DNA from: Azolla caroliniana
Taxonomy: Eukaryota; Plantae; Polypodiophyta
NCBI GenBank assembly: GCA_043228905.1
Contig: JBHGNT010000016.1
Coordinates: 11,036,001 to 11,100,000 of the forward strand
Direction of reading: 5' to 3'
Length of the DNA: 64,000 nt
Shown: positions 12,468 through 26,060 of the stretch, piece after piece
Layout: each line of letters starts with the position of its first letter
Numbering within the stretch: position 1 is the first letter of the stretch
Made by a program: the position numbers and the translations under genes
Notes under the pieces: model-generated
Database searches by the model: none
Seen by the model: the letters and a program-made list of their open reading frames with translations, nothing else
What the model was told of the DNA's origin: nothing

Positions 12468-15400
12468 TGAAAAAGATTATGTGCGGAAGCAATAGAAACC
12501 CGAACACAGAAAATACGCAGGTTTAATGGAGAGCTTGAATGTACATAGTACGCGGGAGAGACAGAGAGAGAGCACACAAAAACTCAATTCAAAAAATACT
12601 ACTCGATCTGTACATACACTGTGCTCAGTGAGCACCTTTTATACAAGCCTTGGCAATCAGGTTGACACAAGTACTGACAGTACTTGACTGCTCATAAATG
12701 AGCCTTGACACTCACTCCCAAAATTATTCCTTACGAGGAATATCTCTCTAACGGCCTTTCGGTTTACGCACCGATACAGCCTCTCGTTACGCACCGGTTT
12801 GCGTACCGGTTTACGCATCCGTTTTACGCACCGGTACGACCTAACTGATCGGTCCCAACCGATCCGGTTCTCGGCTTGCATAGCCGATCTGGCCAATGTT
12901 GAGCTTGTATCTCAACACTCCCCTTCAAGGTCAACTTGAGGTTCCATCCGCTCTTTCGGATCTACGCTCCGGTTCCTCCTAGCTTCAAGCCTTGCTCGTG
13001 CTCCTCGACCCGTTCGATTCCGCGCGCCTCGACCCTTCCGGTTGGCTTGTCTGCTCACACGACCCTTCTCAGCTTCCTTGCTGTTGCGGTGATGGCGCCT
13101 CTTCTACTGCCTTCTCTTCCGCTTGGCCCTTGGTTGATTCAACGTATCTAAATCAAACATCCGAACCGACTCGGCTTCCTCCGATCGGTTTTCGCTCTCG
13201 TCCAAGTTTGCTATCTCTAACTCGTCTTCAGTCTTCTTGCCCTTGATGGCTTCGTCTCGCCCACGCTTGGTTGGCTTCGGCTCTTCCTTTCGATTGCTCC
13301 CCTTATATCCGCTTTCAGACTCTTCCCCGGACTTGCCCTCGACTTCTTCAGCTGAGCCGAAGTCGAATTCGTCATCTGACTCGGCGTCACGGTCTTTTCC
13401 GCTCCTTTCCTGCTCCCTTCCGTGGTCATCCGGGATGTCTCTCCCCCTCAAGTTCGGCATGTCGAGGTGACGCAACCCAAGCACACCCAAGAATTGCCGC
13501 AACTGGTCCAGACCAAGAGGCTTGGTGAAGATGTCTGCGGTCTGCAGATCCGTAGGAACATACTGAAGTTCGACTTCACCGGAGACACGCTCGCGGACAA
13601 AGTGATATTGCACCTCAATGTGCTTAGTCCGGGCATGGAAAACCGGGTTCTTTGCGAGCTGGATGTTGCTGAGGTTGTCGTTGTAGATTGTCGTTGGATC
13701 GGATACCTCCACCTGCAGATCCTTAAGCAGCCGCTTCAACCAGATGGCTTCGCATGTCGCGACAACCGCTCCTCGATACTCAGCTTCGGTGCTCGACAAC
13801 GCAACTATCGACTGCTTCTTGCTACTCCACGCGATCGTGGCATTCCCAAAAGAGAACGCAAAGCCGGACGTGGATTGGCGATCGGTGACGTTGCCGGCCT
13901 AGTCGGCATCCGTGTAGCCGACCAATGGCAGGGCTGTACCAAACCGATATAGTAGCCCCATGTCCTTAGTGCCACTAACATACCGGAGTACGCGTTGCGC
14001 GCACTGAAGGTGCTCCTCGGTAGGTCGCACCATGAATTGACTAATCACCCCGACCGGGTAGCTGAGATCTGGTCGAGTGATGGTCAAGTATATAAGGCTT
14101 CCGACGATCTGTCGGAACCTCGTCGGCTTGCATACCTTTCCGGAATCGGGGTGAAGCTTGACGGTTCTATCCAGAGGAGTCGAGATGGATTTACAGTCGG
14201 CCATCCCGAATTTGAAGAGTATACTCAGCACGTAATGCCGTTGGCTGATCAATATGTCTTCGGGGGTGTGGATCACTTCGATCCCGAGGAAGTAATGAAG
14301 GTCCCCGAGATCCTTCATATCGAACGATGCCGCAAGGTGGAGCTTGACGCAGTTAATTTCATCGAGGTTGGCATTGGTGATGACCAAGTCATCAACATAA
14401 AGTAAAATACTAACCGGCCCGAGTTGACCTTTCTGGATGAACAGTGAGGAGTGCGATTTTGACATCGCAAAGCCCATCCGACGCAATCGTTGCGTGATCT
14501 TCGTGTTCCAGGCACACGAGGCTTGCTTTAGTCCATAAAGGGACTTCTTCAATCAGCACACCGCCGAAGTGTTCGTTCTAGTGTGAAATCCGGGGGGCTG
14601 TATCATGTACACCTGTTCCTCAATCTCACCTTGCAGGAGCGCATTCTTTACATCCATCTGATGTAAGTGCCACCCCTTTGCCGCAGCTACCGTGAGCAAA
14701 ACACAGACGGTCGTCATCTTCGCGATCGGAGCAAACGTCTCATCGTAGTCGATGTCGTGTTTCTACGTGTAGCCTTTCGCTACTAACCGGGACTTGTATC
14801 TGTTGACCAAACCGTCGGTGTTGTACTTGACCTTGTACACCCACTTGCATCCGATCGACTTTACACCCGTCGGTGCGTCAACCAGGTCCCAGGTTTCATT
14901 TTCGGCCAGTGCGCGCATCTCTTCCTCCATTGCGCACGCCAATTTGCGTCCTTCGCCACTTCTGCGTAGTTCTCCGACTCACGCACTTCCACAACACAGG
15001 TCATGTACGCATAGTGATGCGCCATGTACTCGTAACCGAATCGCACAAGTGGGTTCTTCTGGCGGGTACACCGGTGTAATTGCTCATTAGCCGAGGTTGA
15101 GGCTTTCTTAGCCGATGCGGACTTCGCTCTCGAAGACCCATCATTGCTTCCCTTAGAGTCGGGCTCGCGTCGATCCGACTTGCTCCTATTCGTGTTGTAA
15201 TCCAACACCTTTTTCTTCCCTTTTTCCTTGCGCGTAAGCCGTCTCCTCGGCTTCCTCCGCGGGGAATGCACGGTTGAGTCTCCACTACTCACCGGCTCTT
15301 CATCGGACTGGTCGAACCGACTCAGTCGTCCATCCGGTCCGCTTAACCGAAACGAAATCGGACTCTCTATGCGGATCCCGATTTCAGGCGCATCCGGAGG

Positions 15401-18104
15401 CATCTCCGCCTCACTGACCTCATCGTCAGAACTCGGATTGGAGATGAGGTCCGGAGTCAGAGGCAAGTACCAGGACGCGAACTTGTCAAACATAACGTCG
15501 CGACTCACACGCTTGTTTGTTGCGAGGGTTATAACACTTATAACCTTTCTGCTCGTCCGAATAGCCGACCAAGATACACTTCTCAGCTTTCGCATCCAAC
15601 TTCCTCCGTTTCTCCTTTGGCACATGCACATATGCAATGCTCCCTAAAACTCTCAAGTGTCGCAGATTCAGCTTTCTTCCGAAATACAGCTCATGCGCCG
15701 ACACTTTTTGCTCTAGCGTTTTGCTCCGACGTGTATCTACAACTGAATTCGCGCCGAATTCCCATCTGTTGAAGATAACCGTTGAATTGACCGGAAAAGT
15801 ACTCTTTTCCGCCATCCGACCGCAAGCACTTGATCTTTTTTCCTGTTTCCGTTTCCACGAACCCTTTGAGGTCTTGGAAACAGTCGAAGACTTCACTCTT
15901 CTTCTCGATGAGGTAGATCCATGTATGCCGCGTATGGTCATCGATGAAGGAGACGAAATATCGACTCCCGCCAAGACTAACATTCTGTGCCGGCACCCAT
16001 ACATCGGAGTGTATCAAGTCAAGCTTGTTCCGGCTCTGGTTACGCTTGTTAGGGAAAGGAAGACAGTGTTGCTTCCCTAGCTAGCAGGCTTCACAAATTT
16101 GTGCCTTTCGGCCACTAAATTTGGGCAATCCGAACACCACATGTTTCGATTGCAGGTCTTGAAGCCTTTGATAGTTGACGTGACCTATCTGCTTGTGCCA
16201 TAAGTCGATATCCGACTAGACTTTTTGTCCTTTCGTGAACATTGCGGTGCCACCATCACTAGAGTCGAGGATAAACATCCTCCCGTCTTTGCGCCCTTGC
16301 GCAATAACTCAGCCTTCTTCCTCGATGAAGCACCCGAGATGCGTGAACCGAACTTGCATCCCTTGGTCGACGATCTGCCCGACCGACACTAGGTTCTTTG
16401 TGATTGTCGGGACGTGTAACACGTTCATGAGTTTCCCTTTCTGCCCGACATGGCTCAAGGGAACTTCACCGACATTCGCAATCGGATGTGGAGTGCCGTC
16501 TCCGGTTGCGACTACTCCCGGTTATGGCACGTCATATTGTTTGACACGCCGGAGTCGACGTACCACACCTCCTCCGACTTCGGGGTGATCTTCTTCATCG
16601 AGTTTGCTTCGTGTCTCGTCACGAAGACTGACCCTTTTTCGGCTTTTCCGGATCCTTCGATGCAATGCGATCGCTTCCGATTTCCTTTGTCAGTCTATCT
16701 GAACTTCGGAATCTGATTCGGAACCGGTTCTCTCCGAAGCGGCGCGCTTTTTCCAGCACTCGCTCTCCCTGTGGCCTTTCTTGCCACAATACCAACATTC
16801 CGCAGCGGATTTCCTTTGCCGATTCTCGTCGACTCGATTCCCCCTGTTTTCGGAGGGTCCAAAATTGCTGTCGGCATCACTTCGGTGCCTTCTTCCTTGA
16901 TCCCGTTGGCCGCCTCCATTGCGCACTGACTCGCCTCGTCTGCCACAACCACAGGGCCTATCTCCCTCCGTGTACAACATCTTGTTGTCGGCATGCGTGC
17001 TCGTCCATGCACCCGCGTGGTTCTCCTCTATAAGGAGCATCGACTGTAAGTCGAAAAACGACAGTGTATTCTCCCGTGTACACACAACAATTCGGAACGC
17101 TCCGAACTTCGACGCCAGTCCCTCGAGATAGATCTGCACCATCTCGCCTCCGTCGATGTTCACATCGATGGAGGCTAAGGAGTCGCATATATATTTAATC
17201 TTCGAGGTGTAATCAGCCATCGACAAGTCGCGTTGTCGTAGGTTGCTCAGCTCCTGTCGAAGTTGAAGCTTCCTGGCTATGGTGCTTGTGGCGAAAATCT
17301 TCTTCAGATTTCCCCAAGCATCCTTTGGCGTTTTCGCATCCCGAATGTAGCTTAGGAGTTGTTCGCCCACACAAGATGTGAAGCAGTACAGTACTCTACT
17401 CCCCCACTATTCCCACGCCGGGAAATCTCTGTGTGTCGATTCGGGTGTTGTGTCGTTTGCTCCATCGACATAGCTCTTGTAACCGTGCCCAAGCAGGTAC
17501 TGGTGCATCTTGTAAGACCAAGACGCGTAGTTGTTTCTGTCAAGCTTCTCTGTTGGAAGCGAGCTAGCCATGCCTCTATCCATCGGTTTTACCTGTTCTT
17601 CTTAGTTGATTTTTCTTTCAAATAATGTCAGCTGCAAAGGTTCTCAACCCTCGCGCTCTGATACCATGAAAAAGATTATGTGCGGAAGCAATAGAAAACC
17701 GAACACAGAAGATATGCAGGTTTAATGGAGAGCTTGAATGTACACAGTACGCGGGAGAGACAGAGAGAGAGCACACAGAAACTCAATTCAAAAAATACTA
17801 CTCGATCTGTACATACACCGTGCTCAGTGAGCACCTTTTATACAAGCCCTGACAATCGGGCTGACAATACTTGACTGCTCATAAATGAGCCTTGACACTC
17901 ACTCCCAAAATTATTCCTTACGAGGAATATCTCTCTAATGGCTTTTCAGTTTACGCACCGATACAACCTCTCGTTACGCACCGGTTTGCGTACCGGTTTA
18001 TGCATCCGTTTTACGCACTAGTCTGGCCTAACCGATCGGTCCCAACCGATTTGGTTCTCGGCTTGCACAACCGATCCGGCTAGTGTTGAGCTTGTATATC
18101 AATA
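12468..18104 (-). mobile_element. Full-length degenerate Copia element C, inserted in the 5' LTR of B
   Basis: LTRs 12468-12917 and 17667-18104; PBS 17655-17666; PPT from 12918; gag with CWYCGKKGHRESEC; integrase IHSDVW...FIDD; RT LLYVDD; RNase H STEAEY...TKHIEVQYHFVRE. Confidence 0.93.
13104..17570 (-). pseudogene. Copia C gag-pol polyprotein (frameshifted, with stops)
   Basis: ORF fragments 16690-17370, 15691-16017, 15486-16004, 14861-15637, 13899-14552 and 13104-13799, in Copia domain order. Confidence 0.9.
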
Positions 18105-18945
18105 GTTTTTGTTTCTTGTCACAAGGGAGCGTTTCGGGCTTGCCCATGTACCTCTCCTTTTACAAAGGCATTCAAACTTATGTGTCTTGCGTGTTAGTGT
18201 AAATCTTGCTTGTGTGTTCGTGCGACTTGTGGTAAGGGAGCGTTCGAGCTTTCCCATGCACCTCTCCTTTCACAAAGGCATTCGAAATCATGTCTTGCAT
18301 GTTAGTGTAAATCCTACATGTGTGTTTGTGCGACTTGTGGCAAGGGAGCATTCGGGCTTTCCCATGCACCTCTCCTTTCACAAAGGCGTTCGAAATTGTG
18401 TCTCCCGTGTGTAAACCTTGCTTGTGTGTTCGTGCGACTTGTGGCAAGGGAGCGTTCGGGCTTGCCCATGCACCTCTCCTTTGACAAAAGCGTTCGAAAT
18501 TGTGTCTCCCATGTGTAAACCTTGCTTGTGTGTTCATGCGACTTGTGGCAAGGGAGCATTTAGGCTTGCCCATGCACCTCTCCTTTCACAAAGACGTTCG
18601 AAATTGTGTCTCCCGTGTGTAAACCTTGGTTGTGTGTTCGTGCGACTTGTGGCAATGGAGCGTTTGGGCTTGCCCATGCACCTCTCCTTTCACAAATGTG
18701 TTCAAAATTATGTCTCCCGTGTATAAACCATGCTTGTGTGTTCGCGTGTTTTGTAACAAGGGAGTGTTCGGGCTTGCCCATGCACCTCTCTTTTCACAAA
18801 GGCATTCAAAACTCTGTCTCTCGTGTGTGTAAGTAAGCCTTTTCCTTGTGTGTCCGTGTGTAAGCCTTCCTCACGTGCATTTGTTCACCTTGTGACTAGG
18901 GGTTGATTTGGGCTTGCCCATGCACCTCTACTTTTCACAAACACG
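18105..18945. repeat. 104-bp tandem repeats in the 5' LTR of B (first unit at about 12340-12460, before insertion C)
   Basis: The motif gtaaacc recurs at 18411, 18515 and 18619. Confidence 0.92.
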
Positions 18946-19080
18946 TTCGAATACTCGTGCCTTTTTTGTGTAAGCCTTCCTTGTGTTGTGCATGTAAGCC
19001 CTATTTCCTTCCTGTCCATAACCCCAGCGGTTCCACCTCACGATCCGCACATAGTGACGGATTTTCATAACATAATAAAG

Positions 19081-19098
19081 TGGTGAACCCGACATGAA
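19081..19098 (+). promoter_or_regulatory. PBS complementary to the tRNA-Trp 3' end
   Basis: TGGTGAACCCGACATGAA is one transition away from TGGTGAACCCGACGTGAA, the complement of plant tRNA-Trp as recalled from memory. It lies 8 nt after the LTR end. Confidence 0.8.
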
Positions 19099-22000
19099 GA
19101 GGTGGTAGGAAGGATCAAGTGCTTGAAATAGAAGATTCGAAGATGGCTTCTTCGTCAAACACCCAAGCTAATGAAGTGGCAAAGTTGGTTGCTATTGTCG
19201 AGCATATGTTGAGAGCTCGAGATAATGATGCAAGCTTAGACAAGGCCATCGACTGAACCGTTGAGATAACGGGCCAATTTGGTGGAATAAACATTACGGA
19301 TTTTTTTGCTACATACAAGACGGAGATGCAACAACATGATGTCATCGAAGAGAAGCAAATATCAAGCTTCAAGCATGTCGTAGCTATTGGGTTACAAGGC
19401 CATATAAGGGAGATTCAAGCTGCCCAAACAACATGGGTGGGATTTGAAAGGGCGCTTTTGGCTGAATATAGGCTTGACGATGCATCGAGGATGACTCATC
19501 ATATGTTGATGAAGTTGATCGAGAAGAAGGGGAAGAACATGAACACATCGGGAGTGTACACCGAATTTGACCAAATGTACAACTGTCTCCCGAGAACCGA
19601 CCAAACACTTCTCGAAGGAGATAAAGTTTTGTACTTCTTAAAGGCGGTGGATGCAAAAGATAGACAAGAACTAGGTCGTCTATTAGAGGACGAAGCACAT
19701 GGTCTCATAACGGATTGGGTTGCGGTAAGAAGATCATGTGATCAATTTGACAAACGTCATCGATGGCTAGATGATTCCGACATGGCGGGCCTGGTAGTCC
19801 AAAGAAGGAAGGTTCCAATAGCAACTGAGATGACAAAGCAAAGCCAGCCGACCAAAATAGCAATGGAGAACTCTGTCATTGAAGAGTTGGCACGAAAATT
19901 CGAAGCAATTTCGTTAGTTAATATGAGTCGTAGAGGGCCCAAGGGGAAAGACCCATATAGATGTGTATGGTGTGATAGTGTTGATTATGCAAGGAAAGAT
20001 TGTGCTAGCCTTCAAGAGGCAATTTGAAAAAACCTCGTCTAGATGGAAGGCAACATTTTACACTAAGTGAGACTCGAAAGCCCTTGCAAGTGAATTTCGG
20101 TAGGGGGGGCCTAAAGAAAATCATGGATGAGGCCGATGCGAGCCATGTTGAAGCTATACACTATGCCGCATCTATCGGTATAAGAATCGGGAAGGAGAAG
20201 CTGGGAATGATTGAACCGGGAACGCGGTTTTGGTCGACCGTCCTCAAATACGAAAGAAAAGGGAAAATTAATTTGGATGATGCAAAGCTCGCCAACCTTC
20301 ATGTACGAAACCTTACCGGGTGGGCGGATCCGGTTGACAACAACACGATCTCCGCAGAGGTCATATGCGAAATCCGCGAAGTGTTTGTGGATGAGAAGCG
20401 GAAGAGGATGGATCTAGGCCCTTCTAAGAAACATGACACAAGAAGCTTTAAGAAGAAGGAGGAGATGATCAAGACCACACATCAAGAAGATGGAAGCTCA
20501 AACAAGAGAGCCGAGGAACCAACTCAACCCATTGAAGAGAATGCCAAGAAGGGGAATGATAGATCGATGCCAACATACAAATTAAGGTCGGATATTGAAC
20601 AAACAATTAACTTAAGAAAGGTTCTTGAAGAAAAAGTGCTCGATAGCCGCATTGACCTTACATTGAGAGAACTACATGGAATTGCAAAGAAGGAGTTCCA
20701 TGAGACCATCGTCGATCTTATCAAACGTAAAACACAACAAGCGGATGAGGAAGAGGGAATTTCGACAAAGGTGACAACCAATGCCATAACCACATGGCAA
20801 GAACGGAAGAGAAAGAAGAAGATCTAGTGGACAACCATTATACACGACCCCATTGGGCGAGAGCGAAAACGAAAACTCCAGTGAAGATTGGAGAGAAGAA
20901 AGAGACGGTTGTGGCTCTTATAAACCACGGATCAGAGATTAACCTCATGTTGACGGATTTCTACAAGAAGGGAAGATGGCCTATCAACACAAACCACGGA
21001 TTCATGCGGTGATGAAGGCCACAGAAGATCTTTGTGAAATGTTACGTGCGGAAGCTATATGAAACACATAATACCAACGGGAAAAACAGGTTTAATGGAG
21101 AGCTTAAGACACGATGTACGCAAGAGAGACAGAGAGGGAATTAACACACGGAAAAACTAGATTCAAAATAATGTGTAAACTCTATAAATAGGATGTGCTT
21201 AGAGAGCACTTTTATACAAGTCCATACAGATTGACAGAAGTACTAACATGTACTTCAATGCTCATAACTGAGCTCCTACACAAACTCCCAAATATATTCC
21301 CTCATGGAATATTTGTTCAACGGCCTCCCAGTTTGCGCACCGATCCGGCCTGTTGTTGCGCACCGGTTTACGCACCAATCCGGCCAATGTTGAGCTTGTA
21401 TCTCAACACTCCCCCTTAAGCTCAACTTAAAGCTCTCCCGGTCCTTAGCTCCGGTTTCTCTTGACTTCACGCCTCGCTCGCGCTCCTCGACCCATTCGAT
21501 TCCGCGCGCCTTGACCCTTACGGTCGGTTTGTCTGCTCGTGCGGCCTTTTCCAACTCCCTTGATGTCACAGTGTTGGTGCCTCTTGTGATGCCCTTTCTT
21601 CTGATTGGCCTTCAGTTTATTCGACATCTTCGAATCACACATCCGAGCTGAATCGGCTGCCTCTGATTCGTCTCCATTTTTGTCCGAATTGGATGTCTCC
21701 AATTCATCCTCAATCTTGGCCTTCTAACCCTTATTGGCGTCATCTCCCCCATGCTTGTCTGGCTCCGACTCTTTCTTTCGGCTACTGCCCTCTCGTCCAC
21801 TTCCGGACTCTTCTGCGGATTTGCCTTTGGCTTCTTCAGCCGACACTAAATCGAATTTGTCATCTGATTTGGTGTCGCGGTCACTTCCGCTCCTTTCCTG
21901 CTCCTTTCTATGGTCATGCAGGACTTTTCTCCCCCTCAAGTTCGGCACGTCGAGGTGCCACAACCCAAGCGCACCCGAGAATTGCCACAACTTGTCTAGA

Positions 22001-25000
22001 CCAAGGGGCTTGGGGAAGATGTCGGCGTTCTGCCGATCCGTTGGAACATATTGAAGTTCGACTTCACCAGAGAGGACACGCTCGCAGACAAAGTGGTAGT
22101 GCACCTCAATGTGCTTAGTCCGAGAGGACACGCTCGCAAGTTGGATGTTGCTGAGGTTGTCGTAGTAGATCATTGTTGGACCGGACACCTCCACCTACAG
22201 ATCCTTAAGTAGCCGCTTCAGCCATATGGCTTTGCATGTTACGACAACCACTCCTCGATACTCGGCCTCTGTCCTCGGCAGTGCAACTGTCGACTGCTTC
22301 TTACTATTCCACGTGATCGTGGCGCTCCCAAGGGAGAACGCCAATCCGGAGTGGATCAACGATCACCGACGTTTCCGACCCAATCGGCATTTGTATAGCC
22401 GACTAGTTGCGCGACAGTACCGGTCCGATATTGTAGCCCCCGGTCCTTAGTGCCATCGACGTACCTGATTACACGTTGTGCTCATCGGTTGGTCGCGCCA
22501 TGTACTAACTAATCAAGCCGACCGGGTAACTGAGGTCTGGCTGGGTGATAGTCAATTATATGAGGCTTCCGACAATCTGTTGGAACCTTTTCGGGTTGTA
22601 GACCTTTCCGGAGTTGAGGCGAAGCTTCACGGTTTTGTCCAGAGGAGTTGAGACGGACTTATAGTCTGCCATCCCGAACTTGAAGAGCATACTCAACACG
22701 TAATGTCGTTGGCTGATCAGTATGCTTTCGGGGGTTCTGATCACTTCAATCCCAAGAAAGTAATGAAGGTCCCCCAGGTCCTTCATTTCAAATGATGCCG
22801 CAAGCTGGAGCTTTACGCGGTCAATTTCACCTAAGTCAACGCCGGCGATGACCAAGTCATCAACATAAAGTAAAATATTTACCGGCCCAAGTCGACCTTG
22901 CCAGACGAACAATGAAGAGTCCGATTTGGAAGTCGCAAATCCCATCCGACGTAATCGATGCGTGATCTTCATGTTCCAGGCATGCGGGGCTTGCTTTAGT
23001 CCGTAAAGGGATTTCTTCAACCGACATACCGCCGAAGTGTTCGTTCCGGAATGAAATTTGGGGGGTTGTACCATGTACACTTGTTCCTCAAGCTTGCCTT
23101 GCAGGAACGCATTCTTTACATCCATCTGATGTAAGTGCCAGCCCGTCGCCGCAGCTACCGCAAGCAAAACATGGACTATCGTCATCTTTGCAACTGGCGC
23201 AAATGTCTCATCGTAATCGATGCCATGTTGTTACGCATAGCCTTTTGCTACTAACCGGGCCTTGTATTGGTTGACCGAGCCGTCGGTGTTGTACTCGACC
23301 TTGTACACCCACCTACATCCAATCGGTTTTACACCCTTGGGGGCATCAAGCAAGTCCCAGGTTTCATTCTCCGCAAGTGCGTTTATCTCTTCCTCCATGG
23401 AGGCACGCCAATTTGCGTCCTTTGCCGCTTTTGCATAGCTCTCCGGCTCACGCACTTCCATTACACGTGTCATGTACGCATAGTGATGTGCCATGTACTC
23501 ATTGTATCCGAACCGCATAACAGGGTTCTTCTAGCAGGTAGATCGGCATAATGGCTCATTAGCCGATGTTGAGGCCGTTCTGGCCGACACAGGCTTCGCT
23601 CTTGAAGGCCCGTCATCGCTCTTCTTGGAGTCGGATTCACATCCATCCAACTCGTCCCTATCTGTGCTGTACTTCAACATCTTCTTCTTTCCCTTTTCTT
23701 TGCCCGTAAGCCGTCTCTTCGACTTCCTACGCAGGGAATGCACGGTTGAGTCTCCACTACTCGCCAACTCAGTCGCTCATTCAGTCCACTTAGCCGAAAT
23801 GAGATCGAACTCTCTTCAAGAGTTTCAACTTTGCGTTCATCAGGGGGCATCTCAGCCTCCCTAACCTCATCTTCAAAACTCGGATTGGAGTTGAGGTCTG
23901 GGGTCGGAGGCAAATACCAAGACGCGGAGTCATTGAACACAACATCGCGACTTACGCGAACTTGTTTGGTTCGGGGGTTATAACACTTATAACCCTTCTG
24001 TTCGTCCGAGTAGCTGACCAAGATACATTTCTCGGCTTTTGTGTCTAGCTTCCTCCGCTTCTCCTTCGGCACATGCACATACGTGATGCAACCGAAAAGG
24101 ATTCGGCTTCCTTCTGAAATACAGCTCATGTGGCGACACTTTTTCTCTGATCCGATTCTGGATGTAGACCGCGGTTCGGACCACTTCGGCGTAATAGAAC
24201 TTGGGCATGCTCTTTTCTTCCAGCATTGCCTGCGTTGCTTCCACAACTGACCAATTCTTCCTTTCGGCTACGCCATTTTGCTCCCGCATATACCTACAAC
24301 TGAATTCGCGTCGAATTCCCATTTATTGCAGATAACTGCTGAATTGGCCAGAAAATGACTCTTTTTTGCCATCCAACCGCGGACACTTGATCTTCCTCGT
24401 TGTTTCCCTTTCGACAAGATTTTTGAGGTTCCGGAAACAGTCAAAGACTTCACTCTTTTTTTCAATGAGGTAGATCCATGTGTGCCGGGTGTAGTCGTCG
24501 ATGAAGGAGACACAATATCGACTCCCACCAAGACCCATGTTCTGTGCCGGTCCCCATACATCTGAATGTATCAAGTCGAGCTTATTTTGGCTCCGATTAC
24601 ACTCGTTGGCGGAAAGAAGTTAGTGTTGCTTCCCTAGCTGGCAGGCCTCACAAATTTGGGCCTTTCGACCACTGAATTTCGGCAATCCGAACACAACTTG
24701 TTTTGATTGCAGGTCCTAAAGCCTTTGGTAGTTGACGTGGCCTATCAATTTATGCCACAAGTTGATTTTCGACTTGACTTTTTGTCCTTTTGCGAACATG
24801 GTGGTGCCTATGTCATTGGTATCGAGGATCAACATCCTCCCATCTCTGCACCCTTGCGCAATAACTTGGCCTTCTTCCTCGATGAATCACCCGAGATGTG
24901 TGAACCGGACTTGCATCCCTTGGTCGACGATCTGTCCGACCGACACTAGGTTCTTCGTTATTATCGGGACGTGTAACACGTTCATTAGCTTCCCTTTTTG

Positions 25001-25732
25001 CCCGACGTGGTTGAGGGGAACTTCACCGACATGTACAATCGGATGTGGAGTGTCGTCTCCTATTGCGACTACTCCCGGTTGTTCCGGTTTTTCCAGATAT
25101 GAGAACCACTCTTTATGGCTCGTCATATGGTTTGACGCTCCGGAGTCAACGTACCACACTTCGTCCGATTTTAGGGTGGTCTTCTTCATCGAGTTCGCTT
25201 CGTGTCTTGTCACGAAGGCTGCCCCCTTTCCAACTTTTTCGGATCCTTCGGTGTAGTGTGACGGGAACTCAACGTTCCTTATGCGCTACGCTCGGCCACA
25301 ACCGAGCTTAGAATGATACACAGAAAATGGGAAATAGAACATGACACAAAAAAGAGTAAGATACACTGGAGGTTTACGTGGAAAACCCCAAACTAGGGGA
25401 AAAACCGCGGCAGCCCACAGGCTGCAAACTGTCACTATGTAAGAATGTACAATAGTAAGTTCATTGAGGCAACGACCTCGTGCTCACAGATCTTCGCCAC
25501 AGGCGGCGGTTACAATAGAGGCAACGACCTCTTTCTCTCTCTCTCTCTCTCTCTCTCTGTACACAGTTCCGCGCTCTCTCTATATTCTTGCACCAACAAG
25601 AATGACAACCACAACTAAAAGTTTGCCCTAAGTCATATTTATACTAATATGACTTTTCGGCTATTTACAAATATAACCTCGATGAACTCTCAGAAAGCAT
25701 ATTTACGAATATGTCTCTTCATCCGGTTCATA

Positions 25733-25945
25733 CCGGGTCTGCACCATCCGGCTCTCCGTAGCCAGGTACTCCTCATCCGATCTTTACCGGGTCTGCACCA
25801 TCCGGCTCTCCGTAGCCGGGTACTCCTCATCCGGTCTTCACCGGGTCTGTATCATCCGGCTCTCCGTAGCTGGGTACTCCTCATCCGGTCTTCACCAGGT
25901 CTATATCATCCGGCTCTCCGTAGCCGGGTACTCCTCATCCGGTTT
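25733..25945. repeat. 54-bp tandem repeat x4 in the 3' LTR of E
   Basis: Units start at 25733, 25787, 25841 and 25895. Confidence 0.92.
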
Positions 25946-26060
25946 CGGCCGAGGCCTATCGGCCTCGACCGAGTTTGTTCATCGGCACTGTTCTTCTCCT
26001 TTCCCATCCGAAGGGACCTGTCTCCCAATAAACTCCCCCTTCACTCCGGCATGGGGTGTC

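Noticed and set aside
18109-18836. Many overlapping ORFs on both strands (also 42313-43374)
   Set aside because: By-products of the 104-bp LTR tandem repeat; 104 is not a multiple of 3, so the frames rotate.
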